From contig CAVNZM010000048.1 of the NCBI GenBank assembly GCA_963693365.1, positions 1 to 28,981 of the forward strand: a stretch of DNA of 28,981 nucleotides. The letters are read 5' to 3'. Positions 11,433-22,726 of this stretch are shown here, in pieces. A program made the position numbers and the translations under genes. The stretch is from Amoebidium appalachense (lineage: Eukaryota > Protista > Ichthyosporea). Below the pieces are notes generated by a model. That model saw only the letters and a program-made list of their open reading frames with translations, was not told the DNA's origin and made no database searches. Within the stretch, counting starts at the first letter, position 1. The number at the start of each line of letters is the position of its first letter.

Positions 11433-12574
11433 CCGGAATCCCAGGCAGGGTCGGAGGACACGGGGACGGAGCTAGCATTGTATGCCGAGAAAGCAAAGTA
11501 GACAGATTTCTCACTGCCTTGACGGGAACGGTTGTGTCTGGACATACGGCATTTCGGCTCGGGGCAATCGATGATCGTGTGATCAGGCTCGTGGCAGTAG
11601 GAGCATGCTTTCACGGACGGGTTGTTAGAACGAGCCGGGGAATCAGAACGACGGGAACCCGAGAAACGGGAACGACTGGGGGAACGAGACGTGGACCGGA
11701 AGGCAGGCCGGTGGGGGGAACGGGATCGGGTGTGCTGACGGGAGAGACGAGTTCGGAGGTCCGTGCCAGGGGTACGGTCAAGTCGGTTGCGTAAGTTACG
11801 GCGAGGAAGATCACGGGGGGGAGCACTGGCATTTAATGCCATGCTGGACTTGGAGGCACGGTGGGCACGGTTGCTCCGGAGTTGCATCTTGAGGTCTTGA
11901 CGTAGCTCGATGCCCTTGACGTGATTGTGGAGGGACTCGAAGTCGGGGAATAGCTTATCACCGAAGTGATAGTCTTCGATAAGACGGTTAAACTCAGGGG
12001 TGAGGTCGTCTCTGGTGGTGAGTTCATTGAAGAACTTCTCAGCTAGACGAGTGAAGTGAATGGACTCATCTTGGAGGGACTGGAGCTGGTTCACGATGGT
12101 CTGCAGACGACTCAGGTAGGTGGTGAATGATTCACCGGGCTGAAGGGCACAGGCATCCCACTGACGGTGAAGGATGCGGATCTGATCGGGTTTGCCTTGG
12201 AGGTAGTGTTGACGGAATTTCCACATGGCCCGTTCAGGGTCCATGCCAATACGGTACTGGGCAACGGTGGTGAGGACGGAAGGGTCGATGTTCTGAATTA
12301 TATGGAGAAGGAGGCAATTGCGGGCCTCCTTGAGTTCCGCGGTAGTGCCGTAGCCGTAGAAAGGGGGTTCACCGTCAACCGCGACGGTGGTAGGGGGGAC
12401 GTAGTTGTCAGCAAGTACAACATCCACGAGTCGGACACCTTTAGTGCCGGTCATCATGCCGAGAAAAATGATTTCCCATTGAAAATAGGTGGTTTTGCTA
12501 TCGGGACCAGTCTTCCCTTCACCTTTCCACATGCCAGTGGTTATTTTGTTTACACCAGTTTTGTTTGGATCCAT
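11378..12574 (-). CDS. Copia Gag (uninterrupted frame) truncated at the protease DSG motif and read into LTR sequence
   Basis: MDPNKTG...CSYCHEPDHTIIDC...WDSG followed by LTR-derived YTCNRVVSALIVCCNID*. Confidence 0.8.
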   Translation of the reverse strand: MDPNKTGVNKITTGMWKGEGKTGPDSKTTYFQWEIIFLGMMTGTKGVRLVDVVLADNYVPPTTVAVDGEPPFYGYGTTAELKEARNCLLLHIIQNIDPSVLTTVAQYRIGMDPERAMWKFRQHYLQGKPDQIRILHRQWDACALQPGESFTTYLSRLQTIVNQLQSLQDESIHFTRLAEKFFNELTTRDDLTPEFNRLIEDYHFGDKLFPDFESLHNHVKGIELRQDLKMQLRSNRAHRASKSSMALNASAPPRDLPRRNLRNRLDRTPGTDLRTRLSRQHTRSRSPHRPAFRSTSRSPSRSRFSGSRRSDSPARSNNPSVKACSYCHEPDHTIIDCPEPKCRMSRHNRSRQGSEKSVYFAFSAYNASSVPVSSDPAWDSGYTCNRVVSALIVCCNID

Positions 12575-12636
12575 GATTGAAAAACGATCGCTAGTTCTAG
12601 ATGTGTGTAGGGAGCGTGCAAAAGGGCTGCATAACC

Positions 12637-12795
12637 TGTTAACTTGTATAAGTATTTGGGATGAAAGCAGAGATACAGTGGTGCAGTGTAAAAACACCAC
12701 AGACACACACAACAACAAAACACGGAACGATCGGAGCAGTGTACACAACAGACATCAATGTTTAGACACGACTGAACTGAATTTATTCTGATCTT
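12637..12795 (-). repeat. Copia copy 2 5' LTR fragment (159 bp)
   Basis: Matches 3707-3865, then switches abruptly to transposon ORF sequence. Confidence 0.88.
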
Positions 12796-13544
12796 GGGCT
12801 GACCAGCACGGATGGTGTAGAATTGCTTCGGGCACACGGCATCAATGAAGTTAGTGTCTGCAAACCTAATTTGGTCTGCAAGGACACGAGCATGCTCCTG
12901 CTCGAGCATAAGACACCCGCTTCGCTCCTCTGCCTCTCGTTCGCTAAGTTCCCGTGCACGTTTCTGCTGCGATTAACGCTTACGTGCGTCTTTCTCCGCT
13001 CGTAACTGTTGCTTGCGCTCCTCCTCCGCCAACCGTAGTATAGCGGCTTCTGCCTCGATTCTGTGTGCCTCCCTTTTCGCTGCTGCCGTTCTCACGTTTA
13101 TGCTCCTTTCACCTAGCACGATGGTTTTAGTTGGGTCCTTAGGGTCAGAGAAGATGCGAGGGGCAATGGGTGGGTCGGAATTGGTATCGCGAGAGAAGAT
13201 CGCTTGCTTAAGGGGCCGGTTCCCTCGCGTTGGATCACAGGACCCCTTGGGAAAATAATCTGCGTCGACGAAATGCTTGACGCAGACGTGAGGCCTACCA
13301 TCTTTGTATGCTTCAAAGAAGCATGCCTTGCTACCCCATACATCCCCTGCCTGAAGGCAACTTTCATACCACAACTGCCACAGCTTTGGCTGCTTTTCCG
13401 GGTCGGGAAACCTAAAAGTAGAAACGGTAACGCTCTGGCCGACACCGGCTTGCGGGTTTACATTTTCCTTACCCCTGTCCTTTCGAGTCTCACTAGCATA
13501 GTTACTTTTACAGTTGTATACAAATGAATGCACTTGTTCCCCAT
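12796..13544 (-). pseudogene. THAP zinc-finger/coiled-coil N-terminus of a transposase
   Basis: ATG 13544 MGNKC, then after an approximately 5-bp insertion FVYNCKSNY..FRFP..W..VCVKHF (C2CH THAP); charged coiled coil; in-frame TAA at 12973 with the frame continuing to the LTR junction; no DDE core left. Confidence 0.75.
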
Positions 13545-13917
13545 GATCTCTAAAGCGGAAACTAACCATCCCTAAAAAGATACAACGCCATGGCATGGGC
13601 ATATTGCCCATCCACTGGCAGGTGCCACAGCAACCATAGGTGTCTTTGCGAGGGCAGTGTTCAAACAGTACACCTACGTATGGCGGGGGGTGCGGCCCCA
13701 TAAACAGACCGGCGATCGGCCGTACTCTTGTAGGTCTAAATCACCAATCGGCCGAGCCGAAATAAAAATTGATGAAATTTAACTCGTTTGTAGATCACGT
13801 TGCTGCCGAAGGCGGATAAATCTGTGGAGAGCATTTTCCCGCCATTTTAGTAGGCCGCACCACCCCCGAGACCAAAAAACTTGCGCAAACAAATGAGCAA
13901 ATTCCGATGACGTTGCC

Positions 13918-13948
13918 TTAGACGGCCTGGTGTTTCTAGATGGCCGTG
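13918..13948 (-). repeat. Right TIR (31 bp) of the THAP transposon
   Basis: Exact reverse complement of 4869-4899. Confidence 0.9.
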
Positions 13949-14418
13949 GACAGGGAAATACCATGCACGCAGTGACATTAAATGGAATGTTTTCGGCGAT
14001 CACTGATTGGTGAGCGCAATTTGTCAGCAGCATGGTCTTGCCCCCCCTACATGTGTTCGGAAAGGTTCTGGATGGTTCTGGAATACTCATGGTTATGAAA
14101 GGGAATGCCATGCAGTGACATCATTTCTGTACTATCGTGGTTTCTCCACAACTGCCCCCCCTTGCGCTCGCACCGTGACGCGCCTACGCGCGCTCGCGCC
14201 CCGCGGCCTCTTTCCCACTCGTGGTCTTGCTTTTTGTAATGGGGTTTACACACTTTTTATTGCGTGGACACTGCCGGAGGCCCAGCCACATTCGACGGCC
14301 TACTGCGTTTTCCAGCGCAGCCAATCAAATGCAGCCAGTGACATATGTACATGCTAGGCAACAATGAGCGCCATCGTAGTATATGACACCCCTATTATGG
14401 GTAAGCAGAGGACTACAA

Positions 14419-14491
14419 TAAGGGGCGCGGCACATGGTCGACGTGACGTCATCAAAGATGACGTCACCTCGACCATTATCCGCACCCCTTA
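14419..14491. repeat. 73-bp imperfect palindrome containing two TGACGTCA motifs
   Basis: TAAGGGGCGCGG-cac-ATGGTCGA-c-GTGACGTCATC-aaa-GATGACGTCAC-c-TCGACCAT-tat-CCGCACCCCTTA. Confidence 0.85.
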
Positions 14492-14766
14492 GGATATGGG
14501 ATATGTGAATATGAGATATGTGATATCTGTGTACACATATCGCGATATGGGATATGTGATATGGGTGGATATATGTACATGAGCACGTGCACACACTGTG
14601 TGTGTGTAAAACACGTGCAGAGCACGTGTTTTTAATTAAATGATTAAATAATTAAAGAGAGAGAGGGCGGAACACGTGTACGCGTGCGTGCACGCGTACA
14701 TGTGCTGCGCACTCATGTTCCTGACAAAGGAATGCGGGAAATCTGAAAGCCTTCGAATTCTATCCA

Positions 14767-14880
14767 ATCGGAATTCGGATCCTGATTCTTGGGCCGATTC
14801 TATCCAATGAAAAAGCGCATCCAATGGGAAATTGGCATCTGGAGAGCCACTTGCCGGCCAGCTATCCAATAGCAACGTGT
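14767..14880 (+). repeat. 114-bp CCAAT-rich direct repeat, copy 1
   Basis: Two mismatches versus 16048-16161. Confidence 0.9.
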
Positions 14881-14978
14881 GTTCCTGTTGGAATACGTCA
14901 CCATGTATGACAGCAAGAGCCTTGAAGTATGTATGTGTCCTAGCTTGTTTGTATTCGTGTCTGCTTTCCTTCTTTGTG

Positions 14979-15037
<59 letters not shown>

Positions 15038-15068
15038 CCCCCCCCCCCCCCCCCCGTATCTCTCTCTC
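14979..15068. repeat. (CT)n microsatellite plus poly-C
   Basis: Seen directly in the sequence. Confidence 0.95.
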
Positions 15069-16047
15069 CCTTGTTTCTGTGGGCACAGATATCTGTAGAT
15101 CTGTGCACACCTGGCTCTCTTGCCTGATAAGAACTTATTGTATTTTATTTCTGTTTGCTCTCCTCTGTTTATCTGAGAGGTAGCGTGATTGGCTAGCCTC
15201 ACTCGTTGTCTTTCCTTTATTTCAAAATGGCCTAGTTTTGTTCTCAAAAGGATGGCTCGCCAATAGTCGCGAGCGAGTACATCTGTAGATTGTGTTGTGC
15301 ATTCCTGTCTGTTAATATATGTGTGTTGTGATTGGACAATAGATATATATGGAATTCGGTTTATTGCAAAGTGTCTTCACTTTGAGAGTGTCGACTATTA
15401 GGAAATATATGTATTTAAATAGGTTTCTTTATAGAGACGAACATAAATATATATGTGAGTTAATAGTGACTAGATGTATAATTACTTAATTTATTTAGGT
15501 AAGAGTTTCTACACTTTAGTTTAATCGGAAGTTGGAATGCGTATGCTCTGTCGGAATGTGTTTTTCTATCTTCTGATAGAACCGATTGGTTCTCCCTCTT
15601 TAGTTGTGATAAGGTGATAAGTCGCAAGTACAAAAGGAACCGAGAGCACAATAAAGATTCAGTTGTTGTTTGAAATCTTTCAATGTCTCGTGAACAACTC
15701 CGATTGCCCTCTCATTAATGTGTTAGTCGTGTTTTACATGACACCTCTGTGCACTCTGCTCCCTTAGACCCGTACAAAAACAACAGTTCCAAATTCCATC
15801 CCAATTCTATCCAATAGGCTCACGGATCGGTTTTGAACAGGAATTCGTACACACAAACAGCCGCCAGCGGCGGCTGACACACTTGCGCACACAGAGTGTG
15901 TTTTTTGCGTCGGTTTTGTGTTGTGTGGATCTGAGCCTTGCTTTTGCAACTGTGAAACTCGAGACTTATTTTGCATACTGTTTATTGACACCTCTTGTTG
16001 CCGGCACAGCCAGGCATTTAGATTGATGCTTGACTTGGTGATTTATG

Positions 16048-16215
16048 ATCGGAATTCGGATCCTGATTCTGGGGCCGATTCTATCCAATGAAAAAGCGCA
16101 TCCAATGGGAAATTAGCATCTGGAGAGCCACTTGCCGGCCAGCTATCCAATAGCAACGTGTACTCCAAATTCCATCCCAATTCTATCCAATAGGATCGCA
16201 GAAATAACTCATTGG
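16048..16215 (+). promoter_or_regulatory. CCAAT-box cluster (repeat copy 2) upstream of the gene at 16357
   Basis: Four TCCAAT motifs plus ATTGG within 170 bp; also shares TCCAAATTCCATCCCAATTCTATCCAATAGG with 15788-15818. Confidence 0.6.
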
Positions 16216-16356
16216 CCAAAAACACACCAGCCTCACCACCCTGTGTACATAAACAGCCTCCGGCAGCAACATCACACCAACCAACCATGAGCCAGACAGT
16301 CACTGTTGAGGTGCACGCCACAGTCACGTTCACCACACCCCCCAAGCAACAGCACA

Positions 16357-17283
16357 ATGGTCAAGCCAACACTGACACGTCAAAGGGCTGGTCTATCCAC
16401 CGTCAAAAGGACCAGCATCGCCGCGGCAAGCAGTGGCAAAGAAAACACCAACAACAGTGAGGGGGACAAGATGCCGCTGTACAGGGATGTGTTCCTCAAC
16501 GGCGTGGGTAAGGCCACCTTGGGCCTGCCATGGACCAGTACTTCCAACGACGTGCTAGCGGTTCAGGTGTACAACCTGCCCAACATCATCAACATCAACG
16601 GGCAGATGCTGATTGAGTTGGTCCCCAGCACCGCTCCCTGGGACGCCAAGCCCACCATCAGGATCAAGTCGCAGCGCCACCCCGAGCCCTTTGAGGTGGC
16701 CTACGTCGTCGACCTGTGGCCCTACGTCTGCAGCATGGCCAGGGATGTGCTGTGGATGCACAGGGAGCACGAGATGCTCAAGGGGGTTGACGTGGACACC
16801 GTGCCTGTCAAGATCAACAGCAGCCTGTGGTCCAAGCACTCTCCCAACCTGTACGAGGTGCTGGGGGCCGGACCTGTGAGCAAGGCGGACATGGAGGGGG
16901 CACTGGGCGACACCTACTTCAACGTGACGGTGGAGCTCCCCAACCCCACTGGCCGCAACGCCTGCCTCTTCAAGCTGGGCAACAACGCAGCCTCTGTGGA
17001 TGAGTTTGTGGAGTTTATGAACTCCCAGCGTGCCAGGTGCCGTGAGGTGACTGCATGGGTGTCTGCTGCCGCCACCAGTGTCATCTACAACAAGAAGAGC
17101 AACACTGTGCGTACCAAGCTCGTTGCCCGCAAGGTTCAGGTGTTTGATTTAGATGGTCTGATGGAGTTGGTCAGTGATGGTGCGGGTAGTGAGGGGGAGG
17201 GGGGTGATGTAGACATGGGGCAGGCTAAGCGTGCTGGCACGCCCATGCCTGGGGAGGACAAGGCCAAAATGCTCAGGATGTAA
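16357..17283 (+). CDS. 308-aa viral protein, putative OB-fold (T7 gp2.5-like) ssDNA-binding protein
   Basis: Strong coding bias, ACAATGG start; C-terminal beta pattern SVIYNKK..VRTKLVARKVQVF followed by an acidic/Gly tail; function is inference. Confidence 0.6.
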   Translation: MVKPTLTRQRAGLSTVKRTSIAAASSGKENTNNSEGDKMPLYRDVFLNGVGKATLGLPWTSTSNDVLAVQVYNLPNIININGQMLIELVPSTAPWDAKPTIRIKSQRHPEPFEVAYVVDLWPYVCSMARDVLWMHREHEMLKGVDVDTVPVKINSSLWSKHSPNLYEVLGAGPVSKADMEGALGDTYFNVTVELPNPTGRNACLFKLGNNAASVDEFVEFMNSQRARCREVTAWVSAAATSVIYNKKSNTVRTKLVARKVQVFDLDGLMELVSDGAGSEGEGGDVDMGQAKRAGTPMPGEDKAKMLRM

Positions 17284-17659
17284 TAGGCACATGTCTGTTT
17301 ATTCAGAATCTCTTTACCTCCGGGTGATGCCACGAAATAAACTTCTTCCCAAAAAAAAAAAAAAAACACTGTGTGCCGCCGCGACTGAGTTGACTTGGTA
17401 CGTACATGAGTGAGAGAGTAAATGATTGCGCCAAATACTTTGCGTAACTTATGAGCCAATGAAATCAAGCGAAATTGAATGTTGTAGTTACGTAACAATA
17501 CACTTTTTTCTCCCATGTGCACTCTATCAACTGTCAGCTCTCTCAGTCTCGTCTCGTTTTCGTTCGTTTTTTTGTGACGAAAAAACTTAGAAAAAACTCT
17601 TAAACATTTTTACAATCATCTCTTTTCGCACTTTTAGGTAGCAACACTTAGAAGTTACA

Positions 17660-18370
<711 letters not shown>

Positions 18371-18638
18371 TTGCACCATAGTAGTCTTCAACTTGAATTC
18401 TGTTTTTTTGGATCTTTCGTAAAAGATAAAAAGTTTATTTTTGCCGTTGGTTGTCTTGTAAAAAACCGAAAAAACGTGGAAATAAAGGGTTTATACCCAA
18501 TATATTCACAACCAGAGTGTCTATACTTATAAGTTCAAGCTGAGAGGGAAAAGAAAACGTAAAAATAGTGGGCACAGTCCACCATATGCATCATCATCAT
18601 GATCACTAAAGAGTGCCTAGCCTAACCACTATGGTTGC

Positions 18639-19691
18639 CTAGTAGTTGTTGTTGCCACGGCGTCCACTTGGCAAACGGTAGGGGGCACCACCCATGTTGC
18701 TGCTGCTGCTGAGGGGGGCAACGTTTTCCTTGCCCTGTGGGGTCTTGGGTTTAATGGTTTTGGTTGCCCTATAGGGAGACTTGTGCTTCAGCTTGATGGC
18801 CTTTGAGATCCTCGCAGCAAACATGATCTTGGCTCTCTCAGTCTCGCTGTCACCAGCAAACCCCTTGAGAAGGGCCTGCATCTCCTGCAGGACAAACAGG
18901 GCAGACTCGCTGAAGAAGGGGGCAGACTTGGACAGTGTTGCCCTTACAGTGACCATCATGGTCAGCAGGAAGCACGCCACAACCACACCCAGGCACCTGG
19001 CCACATCTTCACTCTCACGCTGAGAGAGCCGAGGATGCTCAGACCGGTTGATGACCTTGGCGATGTCGTCCCAGGCACTCTCCAGCCGACGCAGCAGCCG
19101 ACGCAGATCATCGCGCACCCACACCCAGTCATTCAGCTCCTGCTCATGCTTGTAGGCATGGTCATAGGTGGGGAACTCTTGCAGGAGGGTCCTTGCCGCA
19201 GACTCAGCCACCCCCTCAAGCATGAGCACATTGGTGCACGCGCAAACCAACAGGGATACCGTGACGTTGGTAGAATGCTCGAGCACCTGCTGTGGTGTGA
19301 AGAGGCCGCACAGCAGCATCTCAAAAAACCACATCTTGCAAGGGCTGCCCGGGCACATGGAGTGCAGCCGGTAGAACGCACACCCCCCTGCATTGTAGCC
19401 CAGCGTGAAGTCGCCAAACCTCTCAGAGGCACGCTGCCTGGGGATGAGAGATGCATAGAGACCCGCAAGGTAGCCATCCAGCAGGATGTTGTAGCAGGAA
19501 ACCACAGCAGAGGCGCCCTCGTCACCCGCCCAGGTAAAGGTGCGGCGGTCCGTGGGAAGATCTATTTCCAGGTCTGGCAGAGGTGAAATAGGGCGACCAG
19601 GGGCGGCAAGAGCAGAAGCAGCGGCGGCAGTGGCTGCAGGATTGCTAGTAAGGGGTGCTAGGGTAGGAGGGTAGTAGTCAAAGTCTTCCAT
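18639..19691 (-). CDS. 350-aa hypothetical protein, mostly helical, with a basic C-terminal tail
   Basis: Long ORF, AAAATGG start, CCAAT motifs at 19860-19892 upstream; no family recognised. Confidence 0.75.
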   Translation of the reverse strand: MEDFDYYPPTLAPLTSNPAATAAAASALAAPGRPISPLPDLEIDLPTDRRTFTWAGDEGASAVVSCYNILLDGYLAGLYASLIPRQRASERFGDFTLGYNAGGCAFYRLHSMCPGSPCKMWFFEMLLCGLFTPQQVLEHSTNVTVSLLVCACTNVLMLEGVAESAARTLLQEFPTYDHAYKHEQELNDWVWVRDDLRRLLRRLESAWDDIAKVINRSEHPRLSQRESEDVARCLGVVVACFLLTMMVTVRATLSKSAPFFSESALFVLQEMQALLKGFAGDSETERAKIMFAARISKAIKLKHKSPYRATKTIKPKTPQGKENVAPLSSSSNMGGAPYRLPSGRRGNNNY

Positions 19692-19946
19692 TTTTTTCAA
19701 GAAGTTTGCTGTTTGCAAGAAAGTAGGCTAGAGTGGGTTAGAGTTTTGGGAAAAAAACATCGCCCACGGGCGCCTTTTTGTGCCCTTCGGTCACGCATGC
19801 TGCAGTTGGCTCCAGACTTTGCACAGGAAGGTGACTTTTTTCAAATTCTTCGCGAAAAGCTATCCAATAGGAACGCAGGAGATCCACCAATCAGAACACC
19901 CTCTCGCACTGCTTTGCTTCAACTTACCAAATATGGTTTTTCTCAA

Positions 19947-20526
19947 TTAAATGCCGCGGCCGGAGACGTTCGGAGGTTTGGCAGGCGGCCAGACGTAGGG
20001 CTTGCCGCCCACCAGCACCTGTGTGCCGCCCCCTCCGCCCCCTCTCCACTCATAGCTGTTTCCCGCGCGCGTGCCTGCAGTGTTTGAGATGTACGGCCCA
20101 AATCCCAACGCATTCTGGGTGTTGTGCAGCAGGTAGTTGCCCGCATCCCTCGTGCCATTCCTCAGGGTCTTCCACGCACTGAATGCACCATTCTGCGCAC
20201 CCTGCCCTGCACGTTGCGTGCCCTGCATGGCAGCATCGCCTGTGGCACGCGCAACCCCCTTGAGGCCCTTGAACACCGTCCCCCCCGCCTCCCCCGCCTT
20301 CCCTGCAGTGTAGGTGGCAGCATCCGCAGCCTTGCTGTACATGTAGTTGCCCACCCCCCTCGCAATGTCCCCCTTGTGCTTCCATGCATAGTACCCCCCC
20401 CGCCCCCAAGGCAGCACCGCCCGCCAGGGCCCCCACCCACTTGGCTACCTCTGAGGCCTTGTTTGGCCGGTTCTGCACGTAGATGACACGCGTGTTGCCG
20501 CTCCTGCCTTGCGATGACACCCCCAT
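19947..20526 (-). CDS. Gly/Ala-rich protein of about 192 aa with a glycine-zipper membrane segment (one extra base in the homopolymer at 20394-20401)
   Basis: MGVSSQGRSG..WVGALAGGAALGAGG joins YYAWKHKG..SGRGI* if the G8 run is really G7. Confidence 0.6.
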
Positions 20527-20784
20527 GGTGACGTGACTTGCACGTTTACTTATGCATGCACAATATTTTTTATTATTGGTTGCCAATTGCCTGCTTGGCC
20601 ATGGCCTACTACGTACACTAACGGTCAGTGCATGGGCCTGCCATGTGCACGCCTGAGTGCCGCAAAGGTGGGTCTGGGGCGAGCAAATCGGCCTGCTGCA
20701 GACCCTGCCATGGTGCTTGGTTTGAGGAAGAAGGGGTGGCGGGTACCGTGCGGGCATATCTTGTCCGCAACGGCCTGTGCCATC

Positions 20785-21389
20785 TGTCATGTGCTGAGCT
20801 GATTCGTATTAGTTTACTTCTATATTTTGTGTTTTGGTGAGTTAATTTCGGGGGTTTTCTTGCATAGTGATGCCGGGGTCTAAATGGGGTATGAGGAGAT
20901 TAATCAGTGGTATGGGGAGAATCTGATGCAGCGGCGGCTGATTGTTTGGTGCGCGCGTGCATGCCCCATGCCTCTGCGTACTCTCCATGTTAAATGTTGT
21001 ATTGCTTCTTGCTGTGTGCGTGGCGAGACCCATGTTGCCTGCTCGCGTGTGTGTATGCTTATATGTATTGTGAGTAAACGTGTGTACGTGTTGTAGTGCT
21101 GTAGGGGTGTCTGAGGTCGCGGTAGCCAATGGTGTGGAGTGCGTGTAGTCTGTGAGGGAGGGAGTGTTGTGATTGGCTGAATGTCACTGTGGTATTTGTC
21201 TGGCCAGTGGGCCGCGTGTCTGTGAAGTGTCTCGCGGGGTCGCGGGCTTTTGGAAGTTCTTCTAAGAACACAAAAAACTCGCTTCCCACCCAACTCAAAG
21301 AAAAGTTTATACGTATACACGGTTTCGAGCCCCTTTAAGCGTGCAGATAGTTAGAGTAGTTCATATACACTCTGTTTGTTGCCACGACA
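20785..21389 (+). repeat. 5' LTR (605 bp)
   Basis: TGTCATG...CACGACA; only two differences seen versus 23684-24288. Confidence 0.95.
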
Positions 21390-21506
21390 AGCTACACCCC
21401 CTTTCTCTGCAGTTTTTTGCAGGGAGGGGGCACACGCACTGTTAGTCCTTCTGGGCTGTTGCTTTCACCCCTAGTTTTTTTTTTTTTCTCTTCACGCCTA
21501 GCGGTT

Positions 21507-22726
21507 ATGAGTGGCTTTGACTTAGGACTTTTTCGACAGTTAGAGGTAAAAGAAACATACGCACACACAGGCCTACAGCTAGCAACAGTTGGCTTAGGCA
21601 ACATGAGCAGTAGGACTAGTATCACAGGGGACTTAGTCCTCGCTCAGGACCTCGCCCTCCCTAGGTGGCTTAGCAAGCTCAGGGCTGTTTGCCCAGCAGA
21701 GGCCACTGAGGGGAAGGACGTCCAAACCCCTCGAAGGATGGCCACACTCATCATGAACACTGTGGGCTCCTCAATGCTGGAGTTCCAGAAAGTGCTTGAA
21801 AGCACACAACTGCCTACCGACGAGCCGTCTGTGCGCACAGTTGCGTACGCCCGCACAGTGGCGGGTGGAGCCCGCAACCCGGCCGCACTCCAGCTGGCCG
21901 CCCGCTACGAAGCGGCCAACGCACAGGTGCCTCTTGTTACAGGCGGCTCCGGGGACGTGGTTGAGGTTTTGCGCCCCGAGAATGAGCTTGAGTGGCTTGA
22001 CAGGGCGGTGGCCAAGTACCTGGACGACGGACGACGACGGGAGTTTGACGCTGATCTCAGACAAGCTAAGTTTACTTACCCCCCCTCACCATGTCTGTGA
22101 CCGAAGCTAGAACCCACTTTGAGCTGTTCGAAGAAAATTTTCGTGCTCTTGTGTTTCTTGCTGGGTTGGAGAATGATGCTCCTGGAAAGTTTCATGCTGC
22201 GCGCTCTCTGTTTGTAGATAGCAGTCAGTTTGGTGAGCTGTTTGCTCAGCATGAAGAGCAGCATGAGGTAGACTTGGCGTGGAGGGCGGTGAAGAGGCGG
22301 TTTTTAGCGCAGTTTGAGAGTAAGCTGGCTATGAGGGATAAGCATGCTGCTGAGGTTATGGAGGTAAAGCATGGGGCTGGGCAGGACACGCCTACACTCA
22401 CTGCTCTCTTGAAGCAGGTGGCTGTGCTCACCAAGCGTCTGGAGGAGAAGGACCAGGAGGGGGACCGGTACAGAGGAGACAGGTACCAGGACCGTGAGAG
22501 GGAGGAGGGCAGAGGCCTCAGAGGGGACCGGCGGCGGTCACCCTCCCCACGGCGCTACCAGCCCTACCAGCCACGGCCACAGCGGGATGATGGGCCAGGC
22601 TGGCGTCGTCGGGCGGGACAGCAAGAGCCGGCGCCGGACTCTTTCCCAGGCACCTGCGACAACTGCAAGGAGCGGGGGCACACATACGCGTGGTGCAAAC
22701 AGCCCCGTCGTGGGGGACGTCGGTGA
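21507..22726 (+). CDS. Gag-like protein in two overlapping frames (shift at the C7 run 22079-22085)
   Basis: ORF ending at 22100 and ORF 22091-22726 fuse with one more C; C-terminal RD/RS-rich region and CDNCKERGHTYAWC zinc knuckle. Confidence 0.8.

Larger units (their letters stand above)
5219..12795 (-). mobile_element. Copia copy 2, internally deleted (gag only), 3' LTR interrupted by Ngaro, 5' LTR truncated
   Basis: LTR 5219-5656 plus 11073-11432 fused directly to sequence matching copy 1 from 2503 onward; PBS 12624-12636; LTR fragment 12637-12795. Confidence 0.9.
4869..13948 (-). mobile_element. THAP-domain cut-and-paste DNA transposon (P-element-like ends), defective, carrying the nested Copia and Ngaro elements
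   Basis: Perfect 31-bp TIRs CACGGCCATCTAGAAACACCAGGCCGTCTAA; flanking direct repeat GACAGGGAA at 4860-4868 and 13949-13957; 13-bp subterminal inverted repeat at 4965-4977 and 13849-13861; THAP ORF inside the right end. Confidence 0.85.

Noticed and set aside
14636-15247. ORFs with RE/LS repeats
   Set aside because: Translations of the (CT)n and poly-C microsatellite
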